NCBI GenBank assembly: GCA_037447605.1
Contig: CM074804.1
Location: 7,603,909-7,667,908 of the forward strand
Source of the DNA: Zygnema circumcarinatum SAG 698-1b
Lineage: Eukaryota > Plantae > Zygnematophyceae
Length of the DNA: 64,000 nt
Reading direction: 5' to 3'
How positions within the stretch are numbered: the first letter of the stretch is position 1; every line of letters begins with the position of its first letter. The position numbers were made by a program, and so were the translations under genes. Positions 37,564-57,683 of this stretch are shown piece by piece. The notes below the pieces were generated by a model. That model saw nothing but the letters and a program-made list of their open reading frames with translations. It was not told where the DNA came from and searched no databases.

Positions 37564-40500
37564 ATGGCTTCCATTGCAGTGCAGGCACGGGCACCATGGA
37601 GTGAGAGCGGGATAGGAAAGGTAGAAGGTGTGGAGAGAAGAGGGAGGGTGACAGTCGTGGGCTGTGCTGAAAGGTTAGGGCAGAAGTTGGGTGGAAAGTT
37701 AGGGCGAAGCTGGAGCAGGGTGGAGGAGAGGACTGGTTCAGTGTTCGGTGATAGGAAGGTGACCAAGAAAAGCAATGTCAGAGCTGCTGTGGCGACGGGT
37801 GAAGGCAGCACCACGCAGTTTGCGAAGGAAATGGAACGCGTGTCAGCGAAGGAGGCGCTTCTTCTTGCGGTGAGTGTACGGAACTTGGTGATTAGCTTCA
37901 GAATGTCGCCACCTGATCCTCTATGCATACTTTTAACTTTTCACTGATATGCGATGATGCTGGAATGTGGCACAGTGGGACGATACAATCATAAAGTGCG
38001 ATGGATAGGAGCCAGTAGTGTTAATCTCTCTCTTGGAAACCTGCAGCCCTTTTTTTTTTTTTTCCTTGTCAGTGTGCCTTTCCGACCTGCTTGTACAACA
38101 CCTTTCTTCAATGCTGTAAGCATCTACGTGAAAGCTTGGCATACCAAGAACAGCGTCCCCTCCACTAAGATGTTTACGTAGTCTGGATTTAGCTGTTTGA
38201 GGTAAGCCGCGTGTTCCTTTATTCGGTAGTACTGAATCTTCTGTTTGCCGCAGGTCAAGGACGCAGGTGGTGTAGAAGCTCTAAGCAGCGGAACGGGCAA
38301 TGTGGCTGCAAAGATTGACGTGAGCGAAAAGGTTTTGGCTTTGGAGCGTCTGAATCCCACCCCGAGACCCACAACGTGCGTTGCTTTCCAATATCCCACA
38401 CATATCATCCTGCTTTTCTATCGCTTCATCGTGTGTAGAGTAAGCAAGCATGGCTGGATTTTCGTCAATCTGCTGTGTTACAAAAATAAAGTCGCAATTT
38501 TGATATTGTTTGTATGCCTTCCGCCATTGTTATTCCTGGCGAGAGCCAAGAGCAACGCTGTAACTGTCTTATGTTCCCAAAGACTCGTTGATCGAGAATG
38601 TAGAAGCTTGAGCCTCGGACTAGAGGAATCTTGATGTTTTATAATCGTCTTCATCTATGGATTCTGAAGGTCCACTTTTGTGAAGGTATCTGGATTTTTT
38701 TTGCGTCTGCAGCAGGAACTGCATTCTTGTACACTTTCAAGCAAGTTTTGACCGTATCATGACTCTGAATATTACAATATCAACAGAACATGAGAAACAG
38801 TCGGCCTTCTCCCTCGGTATACAGCTGAAATGCGCGTGCTAGGTGGCTGTCTGCTTGCTGAATTTGTGAGTTCTTCCACGGCAGGTCTCCACTGTTGGAG
38901 GGTGTATGGGAGTTCGTCTGGGCGGGGGCACGTAGCCCCGGCCTCGCTGCTGCCCGTGTTCTTCTCAAGTGAGCACCTCCTTTTTCTTTTTTTTTTGAAC
39001 AATTCCGAAGCACCTGCATACCATGTTTCAATAATGCCATACTGTGTGGAACAGCTCCTCTTGTGTGAGGACCGCAGAAGCCCCTCCTCTTGGGGTTCTG
39101 ATCAAGCATTGACTTTGCTTCAACAAACCTACCAGCTCTGTGTATTCAGTTCGTCAGAACTTGTACAGATATTCTTCGTCAAGGCTATTGAATGTCAAAG
39201 CTGAAGTAGAATTTATATTCTTGTGCAGAAGTGCAATGCCCATTTTGGCTTATTTTTTAATTTCACTGGGTTGGAACAGGCGCTTCCCAGAGCAGGTGGC
39301 ATCACTGAGCTCACTGACAGTGGAGATCCTCCCAGGTGGCACGAAGGCCACTGCGTCTCTCAAGTTACTTGGTGCAGTGAGGACCTCCTCCCATTTATCT
39401 AAACTACTGGCCTCGAAATAACTCAAGTATATATAAATCTTAGTTTTGTTTGAATCAATTAGAAAGTCATTCCGAAGTTTGTCGTTTAAGGGACACTGAG
39501 TGATGCTGCGTCAGTTGAAGAAGTCTTCAGTCAGAGGACGTGAGAGTTCAATTTCTTTCTGTCAGGCTCCATCGGCCAATTTCCCAATAGCTACAATATT
39601 TCAGATGCGATTGAGCTCTGAATATGCCCGCGACTGGCCTTTAACTATCAACTGAAGAATATTCAATAGGTGAACAATTTAGTTTTGTGACAAGCAGTGG
39701 GGTTTCCTTTTGCCAGGTCGAAACTTCCTTCACACTGACAACAAAACTTGCAGTGGAGGGCCCACTAAGGTCAGTTTCGAGCAGTTTAAGGCCTTTCGTG
39801 TGCTGGTATTTGCTACTTTTTATAGTTGATTGTGTCATCTTGAAGCCACGACGAACCTTAACGTGATAACAACGGTCACTGCTGGGAACAGGCTGAAAGA
39901 GGAATATTCAGAAGGAGTGTTGGCCACCCCAGTTGTGCCAGAGGATAGCGTACCCTCCGCCTTGAAAGGCGCTTATGACCAGTTGATATCTGCTGCCGCC
40001 AACCTTCCAGAAACTGTCAAAGAAGCCCTTGCCAATGGATTGAAGTTGCCACTATGTGAGTGAATGTTCTCATCCAGGGACTGTGTGAGGATAAGTGGGT
40101 CACAGGGGTTATGGGCCGCAAAATGGTGAGTTGCCACCACTGGAATCGGGGAACTAAGGATGGGATGAATGAGAGTCACCGGAGGTAAATGAGTGGCTGG
40201 CAAAAAGTTGTGTGGGTATTGCACTGTGGAGCCTTGCGAAAGGCCGTCTTGTCTTGACAAACTGCTAATTTTATTGAAGGGGGCAGGGAAGGACGAAGTG
40301 TAGGGGTTCACATAGTCGTATATAACTCGCTTTCCCATGGCTTCATTGCTCAATGATCTGCATTGGCGGTTTAGGAGTTGGAAAGGCTCATGGTTCAGTT
40401 TCTGATTATGTCTGGGTGTGCTTGGTACTGCTGGCAGCTGGCTCATTTGAAAGGCAACTCCTTGTCTCCTACCTTGATGACGAGATCTTGGTGAGTCGTA

Positions 40501-40909
40501 ATGACGACCTGGAATGTTTTAGGCTGGAACAGGACTTGGTGGTTAGGAACAACACCTACCTGTGCAACTTCACTGCATTCTTTTTTTCTTTCTGGCTGGG
40601 TACATATCAGGTGTCGCATGTCTTGTAATTAGTATGGTAGAGTCAACGCCAAATTTACAAGAAAGTTAATGTTTCACACTCTCGTTGAATAGGGCTAAAG
40701 AATACACTGTTGGTGCTTTCAGTCCTTGGGAGCGGCACCTGTTGTCAGGAAGCTGAAAGTGAGAGAGGACTCTTTTTGTTGCTGCTGGGTGGCAGGTCGC
40801 GCGCGACCAGTCAGGGGTGCCGGATGTGTTGGTCCGCATTGCGGCTCCCAAGATCGAGCCCGGAACAGAGGAAGACGTGTATCCAAACAGCCTTGAGTAT
40901 ATGAACTAA
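37564..40909 (+). CDS. FBN7: Plastoglobule fibrillin FBN7 (PGL34/PAP13-like), 8 exons
   Basis: AKEMERVSAKEALLLA, LERLNPTPRPTTSPLLEGVW, GPLRLKEEY, LVSYLDDEILVARD..GVP match the recalled FBN7a/b sequence; exons 37564-37869, 38254-38375, 38885-38968, 39280-39376, 39717-39769, 39892-40055, 40438-40490, 40796-40909. Confidence 0.92.
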
Positions 40910-41220
40910 TGCACAGCTTCAGCAGCATAGTGGTAACTTACAAGGGACAGATTTTTGGTTTTTTGGTGACATTGTTGCTTGTACATAACCTGAGCCCATG
41001 CAGGCCATCGGGTCTGCGAAGGAGGCTTTGCAGACAAATGGGTCTGGGTAGTTACTGCATGACGGGTCAATGTAAGTTTGAGTTGAAGAGGATATTATTT
41101 TTTTGTTATTTTAATTCAGTAATGTATGCCATTTCCGCACAATCCTGCTTCGATTCAATGGCCTTTTGCTAAACAAACTTAGCAATGAACAATGATGAAA
41201 CGTTACACCTGGCTAGATCG

Positions 41221-41720
41221 GCGGCCAATTGTTGCAACCATTCCACTGGCTCCAATGGTTAGCTGGGTCGCCAGACAATGGTTGCAATTATTCCATTGTC
41301 TTTCATAGTTGGCTGGGTAGCCAGCCAATGGTACAAGCATTCCATTGGCTTCAATGGTTGGCTGGATCGCCAGCCAATGGTTGGAATCATTCCATTGGCC
41401 CCAATGGTTGGCTGGGTCGCCAGACAACGGTTGCAATTATTCCATCTGCTTCAACGGTTGTCTGGGTCGCCAGGCAATGGTTGCAAGCACTCCATTGGCT
41501 TCATTGGTTGGCTAAATTGCCAGCCAATGGTTGTGACCATTCCATTGGCTCCAATGGTTGGCTAGGTCGCCAGACAATTTTTGTTTTGATACGAAATTCC
41601 AAACCCAGCCAATCATTAGCAGTACCGGTAATCGCAAACCATCGGATCCAATGGTCGACAACCATTGCTAGCCAACAGTTGCAACAACCTCGCCAACCAT
41701 CGGCGATGGTTGCAACCCTT
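41221..41720. repeat. Seven ~50-bp tandem monomers plus a terminal block, related to the CCAAT-rich satellite but inverted
   Basis: CCAG(C/A)CAATGGTTGCAA..ATTCCATTGG..CAATGGTTGGCTGGGTCG recurs at 41221/41271/41321/41370/41420/41470/41520; followed by GCAAACC..GGATCCAATGG as in the reverse complement of the large unit. Confidence 0.9.
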
Positions 41721-42408
41721 TGTTGGGGGTCAAGGCTCCAATCTCTCATTTCAGACCTTTGCCCGGAAAATCAAATGTATGTGGTTATTAGTTTTACCAG
41801 TGAAAGGGGCGCTTCTCTTGTGGGGTTGGGATGTGGGAGGACCTCCCAATCGGCAATCAAAATACCTGTTCAGAGTGAGAAAAGTTTGACGTTGGAGGAA
41901 CAGCAGGAGAGTAGGGACGCTACAGATAGTGGACGTATTTTTAGCATTTCAAAAGCCGACCTAAAGGAGGCTAGAAGTGGGAGAATCGATGAGTACTGGA
42001 TCTCTTTTCGTTTTCTCTTCCAAAATGATTAATGTCGGCATCGACTTCCAATCGTATGATCACTTGTCGAAACTAAAAAGCGAGGTTCTATGAGCCCTTT
42101 TCCTGCCTTCTATACATTATTCAATGAACGAACATGAACGTATGAACGAGGCTTTCCTTCAGAGTCGCCTGAAACAGAGCCCTGCAGAGGACCCAGCTAT
42201 CTTTACACTTGGAACTCGGACAAAACTGGCAATGCCTACACTCTCTGAACAGGTCCTATTCGAGGAGTTACTTGTTCTCCTGAACTCCCCAATGGCTACC
42301 GTTTCTAATGAAAGCCCTTCCTAACAAAGAACGCCCTCGCTCTTCAACAAAAGAATGGTAATCTTCCTCTCCATAGCTCCAAGCGTCAGCTCTCCTATCT
42401 AGGGGCCT

Positions 42409-50957
<8,549 letters not shown>

Positions 50958-51122
50958 CTTCGCTGCTTTGCAGTCAACTGTCTGCCTTCAAAGCAGATAG
51001 AAAACAGCCTTTGGATAGCCTGAAGGCTACTACTCTATACTCAACACAGGGCTGCTTCAGATGAATTAAATCGCACTAGCCTGTATCGGGACCGCCCTGC
51101 GCCGACTCCAGAGTGCCCAATC

Positions 51123-51650
51123 AACCCTAAAATTCTCTGAGGTATCGTTGCTAGTCCTCACCTTGCATTCAGTAAACTAAACTGCTTCAATTCGCGGAAG
51201 AGAAGTGCCAGGGCGAGGGAGTCTGAGTGCAGGAGAACGTCAGAGGGACGACTTCTGCCACTCCCTCTCCGGCCTCCCTCTCCCACATCACCCTCTTAAT
51301 AGTTCTATCACCCCCACCATGGGTCCGGCCCAGCATGCCTTACTCCCGTTCTATGTCATAGTAGCGCGTGTCGTAAACGCTGACCGATCCATGCGCTCTG
51401 CGTTTTCATGTTACAGTTTTGTAAACCGTAAATTCTGCACGTTTCATGCGCTTTTGAACATTATATGCTACAGACGCAGTTACCGTTTTATACGACTGGT
51501 CCATATGCGAAAAAGTTCTATGTCACAGTGACGCGTTTCGTGGTCTCCGACTGTTCCATGCGCCTCAGGGATTCGGTCATTTCCGACCGTCGATTGGAGA
51601 AAGAAGAGGCTTTCCGACCGTCCGATTCGAAGGGACGCAGTTTTAGGGTT
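51123..51650. promoter_or_regulatory. RPB2/RPL31 divergent promoter with telo-boxes and a site II element
   Basis: AACCCTAAA at 51123 and TTTTAGGGTT at 51641 (each oriented toward its own gene); GGCCCA at 51327. The telo-box plus site II pairing is established for plant ribosomal-protein promoters. Confidence 0.65.
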
Positions 51651-51766
51651 ATGTTTGTATATAGGGTGGGAAGGGAAAAGAGGGAGCCCTCTTTCCCAAA
51701 CCCTCTCTCTCACTCTCGCAGGGCTTTCTCCCACACTCCGCCCTTCCTTCCGTGAGAGGGGCAGCC

Positions 51767-53728
51767 ATGGTTGAGAAGGGGAAGCCCAGGAAGGACGAGG
51801 TTGTGACCAGGGAGTACACTGTGAACCTCCACAAACGCCTGCATGGAGTGTATGTCTCTCTCGAACTCTGTCGCCCCCTTTTCCTTGTTCTCTCTCTCTC
51901 TCTCTCTCTCCCTCTCTCTCTTTCTCTCCCTCTCTCTCTTTCTGCGGGTTTGTGTCTTATTGGAGGATAGGTTGGGATGGCTGGCGGGTAAAATGTAGAA
52001 CGTTTAGGGTTAGGAAAGCGAGGGTAAGCCATGCGGATTACAGGATTTAGGTTCGTTTGATTTTAGGGTACTTGGACAGAGGCAGTCTTGCAGCAGGGCA
52101 GTGAGAGGCCGCACGTGTTGGAGTGTGGAACGTACGGTGGAAGAAGGATGCTGGGCAGCAGTTCAGTCATAGTTTGAGAGTCCGCTTGATGGTCCGTTTT
52201 GGCAATAAGAGCATTAGAATTAGAAACTATACCCAGAATTACTGGGAAAATTAGGGCAGATGCATTGCTCATGTATCGGTCAAGAGTACATTACGAAGGG
52301 GGCAGAGTCAGGGAGGCTTACATTTGAGAGTAGGACATGTTTTAGGGTTAGGGTTAGGGCGAGAAGGTGACGATCAAGGCAGGGACGGCGAGTGCGACCG
52401 TGGGGCTATCTATTTCAAGCCCCACTAATTGCCCCGCTTTGTTCGACAACCCCATTGTACTGGTGCATTTCAGCAGCTGCATTTTGGCCGGTGCACTTTT
52501 TCCTTTCATTTTCGAATGCCAAAGGCTGAGAGGGTCTAAACATGGATTGCCTTTCTTAAGGCCTCTGCTTGACTGCCAAATAGGTTTTTGTACCGTCGCC
52601 CAATATGAGCGCAGGAGTACTGAGCTACCTCGGTGATCCTTTGTGATCCTCTTGAGTCCATTGTGATACTACGGTTGGATCAATTTGAGTCGTTCGATTC
52701 ACTTAGGCCTTGAAACATTACTGCTTGGAGTTTTCATAATTGATAAGTGGAGTATGCGATATAGAGGTGGGCAAGAGTCGAGGAAGGTAGAGTAGATAGA
52801 ATAGAGTAGATTGATTTATTTGAAATTTCTCCCTCATTCTCTCTCTCGCTCTCCCTCTCCCTGTATCGTGCACGGGTAATTGGCGCTCTCCGAAAATGAA
52901 AAACTTGAAAGGTTGAACTTCTCGTTAGGAATTGAAAAGATAGGGGTGTGATAGGTGATACCTTTTTTGTGATGCCCCTTTTTTTTTACCTTTTGTTTAT
53001 CTTGTCAAACCTTGTTCAGCTCTACAAGAAATAGAGTTGTCACTTCTTTCAGTTGGGTACAACGAAGCTGCTGTAAGAATTTGGAGCCCCTTTGGGTGGA
53101 ATCACTTGCCCGTTAGCACTTCCATCTATTCAAAATTTCACGTATAGCATTGACATATGAAGCGGAAAGACGAGCATGAGGTCAGCTTTTGACAGTGTGG
53201 TCTAGCAGAACTTCTTTCTCTTCGTAGCTCACGATGAGCATGTCAGTTTTTGGGTGTTATTGGACTCTTTCTGACGTCATGGGTCAAAATTTGACTGATT
53301 CTTAAGCGTGGCCAGTAGTCATGAGATGCCCCTTCAATTTCAATTTCGAGCAATTCCACTCGAAGCCTCTGGGCTTGCACGTTTGCCATCGTTGCTTAAT
53401 GTTCAGCCAACTGACACGAGATGGACATGATGGTGGCTCTGATTGCAGCACCTTCAAGAAGATGGCACCCAAGGCAGTGAAGGAGATCCGCAAGTTCGCT
53501 CAGAAGGCCATGGGAACCTCTGATGTGAGGCTAGATGTGAAGCTGAACAAGCACTTGTGGAGTCGTGGTGTGCGGAATGTCCCCACTCGCGTCCGCATCC
53601 GCATTGCGCGGAAGCGTAACGATGATGAGGATGCCAAGGAAGAGCTTTACAGCTATGTTACCGTGGCAGAGGTTCCTCCAGAGGGGCTCACCGGGTTGGG
53701 CACAAAGATTGTAGAGGATGAAGAGTAA
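51767..53728 (+). CDS. RPL31: 60S ribosomal protein L31, 2 exons (51767-51849, 53449-53728)
   Basis: [27 protein letters not shown]|[18 protein letters not shown]...[31 protein letters not shown]. Confidence 0.97.
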
Positions 53729-54405
53729 GAGGAGGCTATCGGGCTCAATCCATATGTGGCAAAGCAAGCTTTTTTTCCTGGAAAATATTGATTGTTCCAT
53801 ACCATGAATACGAGGAAGTGGGGCTCCAAAGCAGTGGAGAGAGTGTGCTGAGTTGCTGTGCTCTGCATACCATGGCACTTTTGTCCACTGGCGAGAATCA
53901 TGGAATGGGCTAACGAGTCAGCGAGTGCCTCCATGCGGTGCATCTCTTTCAATGCAATCAGAACCCATCTGCAACGGAGGGGTTGCCAGCCATTGTAGTC
54001 GGTCAACTGAAGCCATAATGTCGGCCTATTGCCATGCCTGGGGCCATGCATGCATGTATGATGTGTTTGCGCGCATGTGTTACGTGGGTTACGCGTGCTT
54101 GCAGTGGAGGCAGCTGGAACTCGGCAAGCTCTTTGTGGTCGAGACTGCAATTTCGATTTGTAAATGGTCAGTGTTTTCAAGTATTTCATCTAATCGCTCT
54201 AGGGGAGAAAACTAGCGCAGACACACCATCTACCAAAAGCTCTTCTCAAATTAAAACGAAACCGTATTCATATGGGAGCATTTTAGAAAGGCATGCAGAG
54301 GGCCTCCTCCCAAATGGTGCGAAAAACTACTATCCTTTCAAATTTGAAGAACTTGGATACATATTGTACAGACCACCCCATCAGTCCCTGCCTCCCTCCT
54401 CTCTC

Positions 54406-56903
54406 CTACAGCGCAGCCCTTGCAGCGCGAGCCTCTGCCAGGAGGCAGAGCTGCTCAAAGAGCATGTTGGCTGCCACGCGCGGCGTGTTGCCTGTGGGGT
54501 CCCAAAGGGGGGACGTGCATACAAAGTCGGCGCCAATGAGGTTGAGACCTCGGAGGCCTCTCAGAAGCAGCTGCGCTTCAAGAGTGGTCAGACCGCCATC
54601 CTGCTTGCCCTCACTCACAAGGAGGCTTTGGTGAGTAAGGATATGCGGTTCATCGACCCTAGAGGGACCAAAGATGCAAATTTGGAAAAGGTCTCAACTG
54701 ACTTCTGAACGAATGGACAATCAAATTAGGGCAGGTACAAGGCATGAGAAGAGTGGGCTTTCTGCTGACCTCAGGCGAACCGGTTCCGATGGCAAAGGCT
54801 GGGTCGAGTGCATCAACATCAAACGTGATGTATGTTGGCCCATCTCCAACGACCTTAAGAATAGAAGGATAAGAGCCCACATAAGCACCTTCATGCAGCT
54901 TGCGGCAGTGCAGCTTGCAGCATCCTCCCCCCAAGAATAATGTATTGAACACCTTAAGTGTTTAACTTTGGGCGCACTCGTTCATACCTCACGAGCGATC
55001 TGTGCGACCTTGCGCGGCCCAAGATCATAAAACTCCTCCATGGGAACTACTCTCATTCCCCACTCTTCACTCCACATCTTGGCGGAGGATACAGTCCCCC
55101 TGATGCCGATCTGAATCGTTCTTTTCGGGTCAAGCAGCCCTTCCTCCACAGCATTGCTAAACGGAGTGCCGTTCCAATACTGCACCAAAGAACCTTCCAC
55201 GAAATTGATCTTTCAATCATCATACAACGGGGGACTCCCAAAGTAAACTCATTGCTCGTAAACTTTTGCCTTAATTGACAAACTCAAGCAGAAAGGTAAA
55301 AACCACATTAGAAAACTGGAGCAAGGAGACGAACTTGTAGTTGCATTCCTTGCTGGCCGATCTAATAAAGGGTTCTGGGACAAACCGTCTGCGTTGCCCG
55401 GAATCTGAGGTCACCTTAGAACCCATACTGCTTTCGGATTCCGCTGTGTCTGACGTGTCCATGTGGGCGTCCAGGTGGACCATTCCCACAGGGCCAAGCT
55501 GGCGTGCTATTGCTCGCAAGATGGGGAGAGTGATGCTGTGGTCCCCTCCCGCTGTGAGAGGAGTCACTCCTGCCTCACATATCGGAAGATAGAACTCCTC
55601 GATCTCCTTCAGCGCACTCTCCACACCTGACCATGGTCGAGACAACACAACGTCTCCCACTGGAGGCGCTCTCTCCCACCCCACCTCTTACAAAGTCAAC
55701 CGGAATTGAAATGTCGCCATAGAAACTGTAGCCTAGTCGTGGCAATGATGGCTTTCATGGGTCATGGGTCACGGTCATGATGGTCACTATATGCAGGCCC
55801 TTCAGTAAAGAGAAACTTGAAAAAGCAGATCAACGAGAATAAATGCAGTGCTGTAGAGGAGCTTGGGGTTCTCAAAACATAAGGACAGTACAAAACAAAA
55901 GAAGCTGTCTGTGCATACCATCGGCGACGCGGCATAAACTGAAAGGAGAGATGCCGGTGGAGCCATGGATCTTGCGGAGCATGCTTGACTTGTTTCTGAT
56001 TTCCCGCGGACCCAATCTTGTGCCGGGATGGCTGGCACCGCCGTCAAATGGGACCCCAACAAGGGCGATATCTAGCTGCAAATTTGAAAAATTGTCCCAA
56101 CAACCCTGGTCAGACAAAGATTTCACTCTAAAAGGCATTAGCTTGCGGGGATTTCCTAGGAGTTTTTACAATCTTTTGAGTCTTCGAAATTTTCAATGCG
56201 TTCATTCTGCAGGGGCGTTACAACTTATTTTTTGAGAGACTTGAGCTTCGCAAGGGTCTGCATAGTTGCAGGGCTTCCAGAGTAAGCGAAATCCCATGGC
56301 GTTCGGAGTTCAGCAAATTAGGGAGCTTCAATTCAAAAACCAGAACCGGCTTGAACCAAACGAACCCAAAAGGTGCGTACGATAAAAACTTTTTAGAAAA
56401 ACAAAAAGAACTTGTCGAAAGTCTTCGAGCTCAGCAGTCCCGTACTGCACTCTCAGCGATCATACCAAGAATGATGAAAATCCTAAAAAAAATTCAGTCT
56501 CCAAATGCTAATAAGCCCCAAAAACGTGAAAACGCAGACCCTAACCCTAATACCGGATAATACCGACCTCGCTGATGCTGGTAGCCAACGGTGCCCGCAG
56601 GAGTGTCGGAAGTCCTGAGTACTTGGGCACGCCATGCTGCACAGGGTGCTGCCAGCGCTTCAGCTGCGCATCCATGGCTTCTGTCAAGGGGGCGGAAGAG
56701 GAGGAGGAGGGGGAGGAAGAAAAGGAGGAGGAGAGGGATGGGGAAGGACGGGAAAATGGGGGAGTGAACTGGGGGGAAGAGCATGGCGGGGGCGGGGGCG
56801 GGGGCGGGGACGACGCCCAGGGGCCTCCCTTAAGTCGCCAGCCTGCACGTGCAGCACGCAGAAGCGTCCCCATGGCTTCGCCACGTGGCGCCATGGGAGG
56901 CAT
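54406..56903 (-). CDS. Ureohydrolase (agmatinase / guanidino-acid hydrolase-like) with organellar targeting extension, 6 exons; start may be 56903, 56894 or 56873
   Basis: LDIALVGVPFDGG, GPREIR, GGDHSIT, HLDAHMD, GLLDPKRTIQIGIRG, TFDVDALDPAFA.GTG.PE.GGLT; Arg/Ser/Pro-rich N-terminal presequence; GT-AG introns in phase. Confidence 0.92.
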
Positions 56904-57548
56904 TGAGGGCTCCTCACCCGCTCTTAGCACTGAGCTGCTGTGGGGGCGCCTCTTCTCCCGACACGTGACTTTATCGGGCAACTCGCATCCTCCCTTGCTT
57001 TGCCTTTATCAATCCATTCTGACTTTATAGAGCGAGTCGCGTAGGGCTAGATAGTTGGCCCGGCCATCAAAAGAGGTCATCACTCATCAAAAGCCCACGA
57101 AGAAGGAAAAAGGACATGAGGCCATCAAATGTACATGGACAAAAAAGCATCATGGGGAACCACGAGGAACTATCTGGTCGCGAAGGACCTAAGGACAAAC
57201 GAACAAAGCTAGGAGCTTTCGGAGCTACGCCTAGGCTTAACACCGCAGCGAGATATAGACGATCCATGGAGGATGGAGAAAGAAGAAAGAACAACGAAAG
57301 AGGGCTGAGCAGGCAATGGGAGCCCCGGGGGGGTTGGTAGAGGGGGCCTGGAAGCAGAGTCTGCAGATGGATAGCAGTTCTCTCGTTTGTAAAAGTGCTC
57401 GAGATTGCGTGAGGAGGCTGCTGGAAAGCAGCTCCCACTATTGCGGAACTCTCTATCAAGCAAGCACTGGTTACTTGTGAGCTTTTTTGATTGCCTTCAT
57501 GAATATGGTGAAAAATGTCTCCGTTGACATTGCCAAACGTCGTCTAAA

Positions 57549-57661
57549 TCGTATCGTATCGTGCGTATCATCACGTATCCCGGCGTGTCGTATCGTTTAG
57601 TATCGTAGCGTATCCCGTCGTATCGTATCGTCTAATACTCGTTAGTCGTGGTATCGTATCG
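57549..57661. repeat. Degenerate (CGTAT)n tract: about 11 same-strand GTATC copies
   Basis: CGTATCGTATCG...CGTATCC...GGTATCGTATCGG read directly; ends ~24 bp before the composite repeat. Confidence 0.85.
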
Positions 57662-57683
57662 GTCACTCTCTCTTTCTTTCCCC

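Noticed and set aside
52690-52720. GTTCGATTC resembling a tRNA T-loop
   Set aside because: No flanking 5-bp T-stem or cloverleaf.
54406-56903. Ordinary plant arginase (ARGAH)
   Set aside because: It lacks the ARGAH signatures as I recall them (LLGVPLGHNSSFLQGPAFAPP, SHASSFARI) and follows the GpuA/SpeB pattern instead.
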